Source of the DNA: Candidatus Bathyarchaeia archaeon
Lineage (GTDB): Archaea; Thermoproteota; Bathyarchaeia; 40CM-2-53-6
Assembly (NCBI GenBank): GCA_049513715.1
Contig: JBEKVV010000002.1
Span: forward strand, 496,935-560,934
Length of the DNA: 64,000 nt
Direction of reading: 5' to 3'
Shown here: piece after piece, positions 58,696-64,000 of the stretch
Numbering within the stretch: the first letter of the stretch is position 1
How the letters are laid out: the number at the start of each line of letters is the position of its first letter
Position numbers and translations under genes: made by a program
The notes under the pieces: model-generated
Seen by the model: only the letters and a program-made list of their open reading frames with translations
The model's database searches: none
What the model was told of the DNA's origin: nothing

Positions 58696-58991
58696 TTTTG
58701 GTCGCGCATGCCTTACTGACTCGTTCCTATAAACAATGGCGTGAGATCCTACATGTTCCTGCTCAAGTACTGGGGGGCATCTCTGAAGGGCAGAGATTCT
58801 CGAGATGTACCGGTCAGTTGAGTTTGTCATACCCCAAGCAACCTTGGTGTCATTCAAAAACGCTAATAGGCCAAACCTAAGTGAGAGTACCGTAATGACG
58901 TGCTCATAGCCAGGGGTATCTGCAGCTTACATTCTGAGCTGAGCTAGAGGTCGCAGTCGTACGCTCCAGCTGATTTGGTGTTCCAATCCAT

Positions 58992-59024
58992 CGAACTATA
59001 ATGTTCGTTACAGGTATAACCTGT
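58992..59024 (+). promoter_or_regulatory. Two adjacent palindromes centred on TATAA, overlapping a start codon
   Basis: CGAAC-TATAAT-GTTCG and ACAGGT-ATA-ACCTGT. Confidence 0.35.
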
Positions 59025-59592
59025 GGGGGAAGCTTTGGGTAAGTATCACCTGGTCGTGTTGGCGTTTGTTGCTCTGAACCTTCTGACCACGCCGCTTGTT
59101 TTCGCAGTCACCGCGTACTTACCTCGCCAGCAAACCCTGAGTGAGTTGACGGGTGTTCTGGATCGTGGCGTGGAGGCGGGTTGTGTTGTCTTGCGGGCTG
59201 ATGATGGGCATATGTATACCCTGTTGAACCTTGCCTCGGAGAATGCGCGGTTCGGTTCTAGGGTTCTGGTGAAGGGGTTCGTGGTAACGGACGTGGCGAC
59301 CACATGCATGCAGGGCACGGCCTTTCGCGTCGTAGAGATCACATACCTCAGTGTTCAAACCTCCACAGTTACCAGCGAGTTTGTCACCACAAGTTCGGAG
59401 GGAACGGGAAGCGAAGTCACCAAGGCTACGAGCATGTCCTCCTCTAATGCCGCATCTACCTCGGAGAGCGGTGGCCGCGAGATTCCGCTGCCGCCTGAAG
59501 CTGTGCTCGCGGGGGTGATGGTGGGGCTGATTTTTCTGGTTGCAAAGAGGCGGCGGGAAGCGCTCGCACGCGGATCTGGTAAGGAAACTTAA
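59023..59592 (+). CDS. Secreted small-domain protein with Ser/Thr linker and CTERM-like sorting signal
   Basis: Signal peptide; GVEAGC...TTCMQG domain; S/T-rich stalk; EIPLPPE, TM and KRRR at the C-terminus. Confidence 0.75.
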   Translation: MGEALGKYHLVVLAFVALNLLTTPLVFAVTAYLPRQQTLSELTGVLDRGVEAGCVVLRADDGHMYTLLNLASENARFGSRVLVKGFVVTDVATTCMQGTAFRVVEITYLSVQTSTVTSEFVTTSSEGTGSEVTKATSMSSSNAASTSESGGREIPLPPEAVLAGVMVGLIFLVAKRRREALARGSGKET

Positions 59593-59604
59593 CCTAGTTG
59601 TTGT

Positions 59605-60585
59605 CTAGCAGCTGCCGTTACAGTCATGCAGAGCTCTGGGAGCTTCATGTTCGATGTGCTCGCGCGGGGGTGACGGATGGCCAAGCGCTGGCGAGTAGCG
59701 GAGGATCGTTCCGGCCGCGCCGACAGCCCACCCGTTCTGGGAATTCAACAGTTGAACGGAAAAGAGAACGTTGAGGGTCGGGGCTGGGATTGCGGCCCAA
59801 GAACCGCCGTCCCAGTGGAGCATTGTTCCAGAATCACCTACAGCCCACCCGTCGGCCGAGTCAACCATGAACACCGAGGTTAGGGCTTTTCCTGTCGGGG
59901 TCGGCTGAACACTCCACCTGCGTCCGTCCCAGTGAACGATTGATCCCGCGAACCCTACCGCCCACCCGTCGGTGGGGGTGAGCATGAAAACCGAGTACAG
60001 CGGGCTGACCATAGGAGAGGGTGATAGACTCCACGAACCGCCGTCCCAGTGAAGGATCACTCCACCGTCGCCGACGGCCCAGCCGTCCGTCGCACCAAGC
60101 ATGTGCACTGAGAAGAGGTCGTTCAAGGTTGGACTTGGCTGCAGCCCCCAGGCGGTTCCATCCCAGCGGATTATTGTTCCAGTGAAACCAACCGCCCAAC
60201 CATGGCTTGTGTCTGTTAGAAAGACCGAGTTCAACCCCTTCGTGGTCGGGCTGACCGCCGCACTCCAAGTTGTCCCGTCCCATCGAATTATGGCTCCGCC
60301 GTCGCCCACAGCCCAACCCTCTAAAGGATTGACCATGTAGATGCAGGTAAGCGTGAGCCCGGATGGGCTCGGAACCACGAACCAACCTGTTCCATCCCAG
60401 TGCATGACGGTTCCGGAGAACCCGACCGCCCACCCATTGTCCGGACCTAGCAGGGAGAGCGATGAGAGGGCGTCCGCGGTTGGGCTAGGAAAGACTTGCC
60501 AAATTGCGCCACCAGTAGCGGCAGGGATGGCAGCCAGTAGTAATTGCAAGAGCAGCAGCCCTGGCATCAGAGCTCTCCGAGACAA
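59605..60585 (-). CDS. Secreted 7-bladed beta-propeller (GWAVG..G...WDG repeats)
   Basis: Signal peptide plus seven 39-aa repeats. Confidence 0.85.
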   Translation of the reverse strand: MSRRALMPGLLLLQLLLAAIPAATGGAIWQVFPSPTADALSSLSLLGPDNGWAVGFSGTVMHWDGTGWFVVPSPSGLTLTCIYMVNPLEGWAVGDGGAIIRWDGTTWSAAVSPTTKGLNSVFLTDTSHGWAVGFTGTIIRWDGTAWGLQPSPTLNDLFSVHMLGATDGWAVGDGGVILHWDGGSWSLSPSPMVSPLYSVFMLTPTDGWAVGFAGSIVHWDGRRWSVQPTPTGKALTSVFMVDSADGWAVGDSGTMLHWDGGSWAAIPAPTLNVLFSVQLLNSQNGWAVGAAGTILRYSPALGHPSPPREHIEHEAPRALHDCNGSC

Positions 60586-60783
60586 GAACCAGACGCATCA
60601 AAGCAAGAGAACCTTCAGTCGGCTAATAATCATGCGGTTGGTTCGCACTAGTACTACGGCAGCGATACAGCCAGCCTCCAAAGGTGTCGGCTCACATTAG
60701 GCTCAGTGTTTGCGCTAACATTCCGTACGGACTTAAAACGATAAATATTGAATCTCGGGTATTAGAAGTTTCAGGGAAATTCT

Positions 60784-63519
60784 TTGGATAATCTAAACTT
60801 ACCAAACTTCGGCAAGAAATCAGTCCAAGGAACCTTAATAATCCTCATCATTCTCGCAATGTACCCAATAGCGATTTCTGCAACGAACGGAACGGAGCCG
60901 TTGCCGAACCAGAAGCCTCTTTCAGCATTAATCAAAGAGAAATCCGGTTCACTCCAATTCCAGAACTCACCTGTCACAGCCAAGGATCTTAGCGTCACGC
61001 ATGCTGTGCAGAACGTGAAAGTTGACTCAAACCTCCTATCCAAATTGGCAAGTCTTGATCAGAAACAGACGATTCCGTTGATTGTGCAATTCAGTTCGGC
61101 TGTTGCCAAGAGCAGCGATATTAGGAAGGGATCTGGCTTTGTTCAAGGGTTTGCTACTCGCACTTTGGCTGTGAATGGAGGTTCGGCTGCGGCGGTTGTG
61201 GGCTATGTTCCTCAAGTTCTCGCAATTGAGGTAAACGCAACTGGAAGCCAGGCTAACGCAATAATCGGCAACTCTCAAGTAGTGCGCGTTTACGATGGCT
61301 CCATAACCTATCAGGTAACTAACTACTATAGCACTCAATATCAACAAGCGCAGATAGCTTGGGCGTCTCATTCGCAAGGACAGGGAAGCATAGTTGCCGT
61401 TCTCGACTCGGGATGGGACAACTGGGCATCATACACGACAGGAATCTGTCCACCAAACGGATGTTCCCCCCACCCAGACCTCACCAATCTTGCGAGCTTC
61501 AACCCATTCTTCTCCATACGGGACTTCGTATATTTTGGTGATGCGCATGACTTCTACGGCCATGGCACCCACGTTGAAGGCATAGCGGTCGGTCAAGGGA
61601 TCGTAGACTCGTCGCAGACCGGCATGGCTCCACAGGCTAAGCTGATGGTTGGAAAAGTATGTGATGACTCTGGCAGCTGCCCAACCGCGGCAATTGTGAA
61701 CGGGCTCGTCTGGGCATCTGGAATTGACCCATCCACGGGCCTACCTACCGGTTTGAAAGCCAACGTCGTTAACATGAGCTTCGGTGGATCCTGCGGATCT
61801 GACTATGGAACCAACATTATAGATCAAGTGGTCGATGAAGTGGCACGACAGGGAACATTGCCCGTGGCATCCGCCGGCAACAGTGGCCCAAGCGCATACA
61901 CTATGTGCTCACCAGGTGCAGCGAAGAATTCCGTGGCTGTGGGCGCACTTTACGCAGACACCAGCAATCCACCTTACCCATGGATGGTTACGAGCTACAG
62001 CAGTAGAGGCCCAACCGCGGACGGACGAACCAAGCCCGACATAACGGCGATTGGTGATCAGGTCAGGTCAACGATTCCCCCGACATCAACCTTGTTCGGG
62101 GCGGCATGGGGATCCTACTACGGGACGGCTTCAGGAACGAGTATGGCAGCGCCACAGGTCAGCGGAGCGGTGGCAGACCTAGCGTCTGGTCGCCCGAACG
62201 CCCAAACAGATGCCCTCAAGGGGCTATTGCTGGGAACATGGACAACGGAGGACGGATGCTTCGGCGGATCGACGTGCATGCAGGACTACAACGGCAACCC
62301 GAATCCCTCTGCGAATGTTGCTGGGAACGGATTCCTCCAAGCCGACGACATCTTCCACAACGAGTTCTTCATGGGAACAGTAACAACACCCCAATTCACC
62401 GACAAATTCACAACGCCTGGATACACATCAGTGGGTCCCGGACAGAACAATGACTACTCATTCTACCTCTCATCTCCATACTTTCCGATACGCGCTGTAC
62501 TGACTTGGTTAGATCCGAGCACCAACGCTCTCTCCCTAAACTGCGAGGGAGTAACCCTGCACGACCTCGACCTTTACCTAATCAATCCGAAAGGAACAAC
62601 GGTGGCAAGCAGTACGTCTTGTAGCAACAATGTGGAGATCGTAGACTATCTACCCTCAGCGGACATGGCTAATGCGCCCTATGCCGTCGGCGTCTGGAAG
62701 ATTCGAGTCCACTACTACTCAAACCGACTCGGCAGCGACCCAACACAGCACTACGCTGTTGTCCTGAGAGGAGGCAACTACGACTACGGCGCCTCCGTGG
62801 CCGCGATCACCGCCTCAACTGTAACGGGAGGCTTGTTCCTTAGACCAACGGGAAAGCTTGTACTCAAAGATACTCTGACCAACTATAGGGCGGATTCTGT
62901 GGCAACGGGCGGCGGGCCGCGACGAATTGAGGTTGACCATTGGCTCTGGTCATCAGCGACAGACTACGCCTACCTCGGCTGGAACACGTACGACCTGAAT
63001 CCAGGCCAAACATTGACGCCGACAATCTCCATTTCGCTAGCACCTTACAACCTCCCAACCGGAACCTACTATGTTGAGGAGGATGCTTTCACTTTGTATC
63101 CGACCAACGGTGCACAGTTCACGTCCTACGTCTTCCTCGGCGGAACTTACGCGTTTGGCCCGCAGGTTTCTTTGACCCCGGCGATGGCTGCGAACGTCGC
63201 ATCAGTCTCAACTACTCAACTCAACTACCTCCGGGGCCAACCAGCAACAGTCAAAGTCATTGTAACGAATGTTGGATCACAAGCCTACACGGGCACGATA
63301 ACCCTAATGCTCACAGATCCCTCGGGCGCCGTGCTTGCGATGCCAGTCGTTGTTGCAAGTCGGCAAGTGAGCATAGGCGTCGGCGCCACCTTAACCGTCA
63401 CAATGACCGTCACGATTCCGTCAAGCCTACCCGCGGGACCTTACAGCTACAGGCTCGTCGCCTCAACCGGAACACAGGGCTGGATCAGCTCCGCCACAAC
63501 CACAGTCATCATCACATAA
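60784..63519 (+). CDS. Secreted S8 subtilisin-like protease with propeptide and C-terminal beta-sandwich domains
   Basis: VLDSG, HGTHV, SAGN, GTSMAAP; DLDLYL..P.G (PPC-like) and V.N.G (CARDB/Ig-like) domains. Confidence 0.93.
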   Translation: MDNLNLPNFGKKSVQGTLIILIILAMYPIAISATNGTEPLPNQKPLSALIKEKSGSLQFQNSPVTAKDLSVTHAVQNVKVDSNLLSKLASLDQKQTIPLIVQFSSAVAKSSDIRKGSGFVQGFATRTLAVNGGSAAAVVGYVPQVLAIEVNATGSQANAIIGNSQVVRVYDGSITYQVTNYYSTQYQQAQIAWASHSQGQGSIVAVLDSGWDNWASYTTGICPPNGCSPHPDLTNLASFNPFFSIRDFVYFGDAHDFYGHGTHVEGIAVGQGIVDSSQTGMAPQAKLMVGKVCDDSGSCPTAAIVNGLVWASGIDPSTGLPTGLKANVVNMSFGGSCGSDYGTNIIDQVVDEVARQGTLPVASAGNSGPSAYTMCSPGAAKNSVAVGALYADTSNPPYPWMVTSYSSRGPTADGRTKPDITAIGDQVRSTIPPTSTLFGAAWGSYYGTASGTSMAAPQVSGAVADLASGRPNAQTDALKGLLLGTWTTEDGCFGGSTCMQDYNGNPNPSANVAGNGFLQADDIFHNEFFMGTVTTPQFTDKFTTPGYTSVGPGQNNDYSFYLSSPYFPIRAVLTWLDPSTNALSLNCEGVTLHDLDLYLINPKGTTVASSTSCSNNVEIVDYLPSADMANAPYAVGVWKIRVHYYSNRLGSDPTQHYAVVLRGGNYDYGASVAAITASTVTGGLFLRPTGKLVLKDTLTNYRADSVATGGGPRRIEVDHWLWSSATDYAYLGWNTYDLNPGQTLTPTISISLAPYNLPTGTYYVEEDAFTLYPTNGAQFTSYVFLGGTYAFGPQVSLTPAMAANVASVSTTQLNYLRGQPATVKVIVTNVGSQAYTGTITLMLTDPSGAVLAMPVVVASRQVSIGVGATLTVTMTVTIPSSLPAGPYSYRLVASTGTQGWISSATTTVIIT

Positions 63520-63521
63520 CA

Positions 63522-63545
63522 CTCCCTCACCCTCCCTTTTTTTCT
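63522..63545 (+). terminator. Pyrimidine tract with T7 terminator
   Basis: CTCCCTCACCCTCCC followed by T7 (63537-63543) directly after the protease stop. Confidence 0.65.
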
Positions 63546-63758
63546 GCATGCAACCTAGGATACTCCATGAAATCGGCGTTAAGTTTTCTTCCTTGAGTGA
63601 TTGGAAGAACCCTTCGGGGCTCCGTTACTCCAGATATAGTAAGTGGTTAGGTTGTGTGCCTGCTTAGGTCGGAAACTGCGTAGACCTGGCATCATCGAAT
63701 GAATCAACCGAACAGTTAACTATTCAACGTTAGAATTGTGACCTACGGACGATGCGTT

Positions 63759-64000
63759 GTGAACGCTAGAGTCTTGCGTTTTCTCTTGTTCTGTCTGCTC
63801 ATAGGGACCATTGTCGCATTGTCGAATCGCTATCCCGGCTACGCTCCCATTGCACGAGCTGAACCCGGGGCCAGCCCGCCAATACCTCCGGGCAAAAGCA
63901 ATGTCGTTGTCGCGCCTGCGGCCGTTGCGCCAATGCCTGAATTATCTTGGGCTTCAGGAGCCTTCCCTGTAATAAATGGGAAGACCATGTTCCCCCCACT
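63759..64000 (+). CDS. N-terminus of a secreted protein (runs off the window)
   Basis: GTG start; MNARVLRFLLFCLLIGTIVALS...ARA-EPG signal-like sequence; frame open to the window end. Confidence 0.6.
   Translation, partial: MNARVLRFLLFCLLIGTIVALSNRYPGYAPIARAEPGASPPIPPGKSNVVVAPAAVAPMPELSWASGAFPVINGKTMFPP

Overview
Archaeal chromosomal DNA. Archaeal-type HMG-CoA synthase, TrmI, an archaeosortase, TATA-like boxes, oligo-T terminators and frequent TTG/GTG starts suggest a TACK lineage such as Bathyarchaeia or Nitrososphaeria; that taxonomy is inference. The window has four parts. (1) 1-7 kb: a membrane locus with an exosortase/archaeosortase whose catalytic Cys is replaced by Ser, followed by a polyprenol-phosphate glycosyltransferase and a GT87/GT-C transferase, then a degenerate-NTase/kinase fusion and a HAD phosphatase. 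(2) 7-27 kb: housekeeping and poorly characterised genes, including radical SAM/SPASM, trmI, glyoxalase, gdhA, an AN1-M50 protease, two APC permeases, an NTase plus metallophosphoesterase pair, an ABC transporter, PRC-barrel, GOLD-like and SWIB-like proteins, an HMG-CoA synthase fused to DUF35, and zinc-finger microproteins missed by the ORF track. (3) 27-58.7 kb: an asnB-like amidotransferase, GT2, nadE and a ~26 kb surface-glycan cluster (legionaminic-acid-type nonulosonate pathway with tailoring enzymes, CDP-deoxyhexose pathway, several methyltransferases), with three copies of an unknown membrane protein family and signs of decay. (4) 59-64 kb: secreted proteins, namely a candidate sortase substrate, a 7-blade propeller and an S8 protease. 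I recognised no rRNA, tRNA, CRISPR array or transposase. All product calls come from motif recognition by eye, not database searches.
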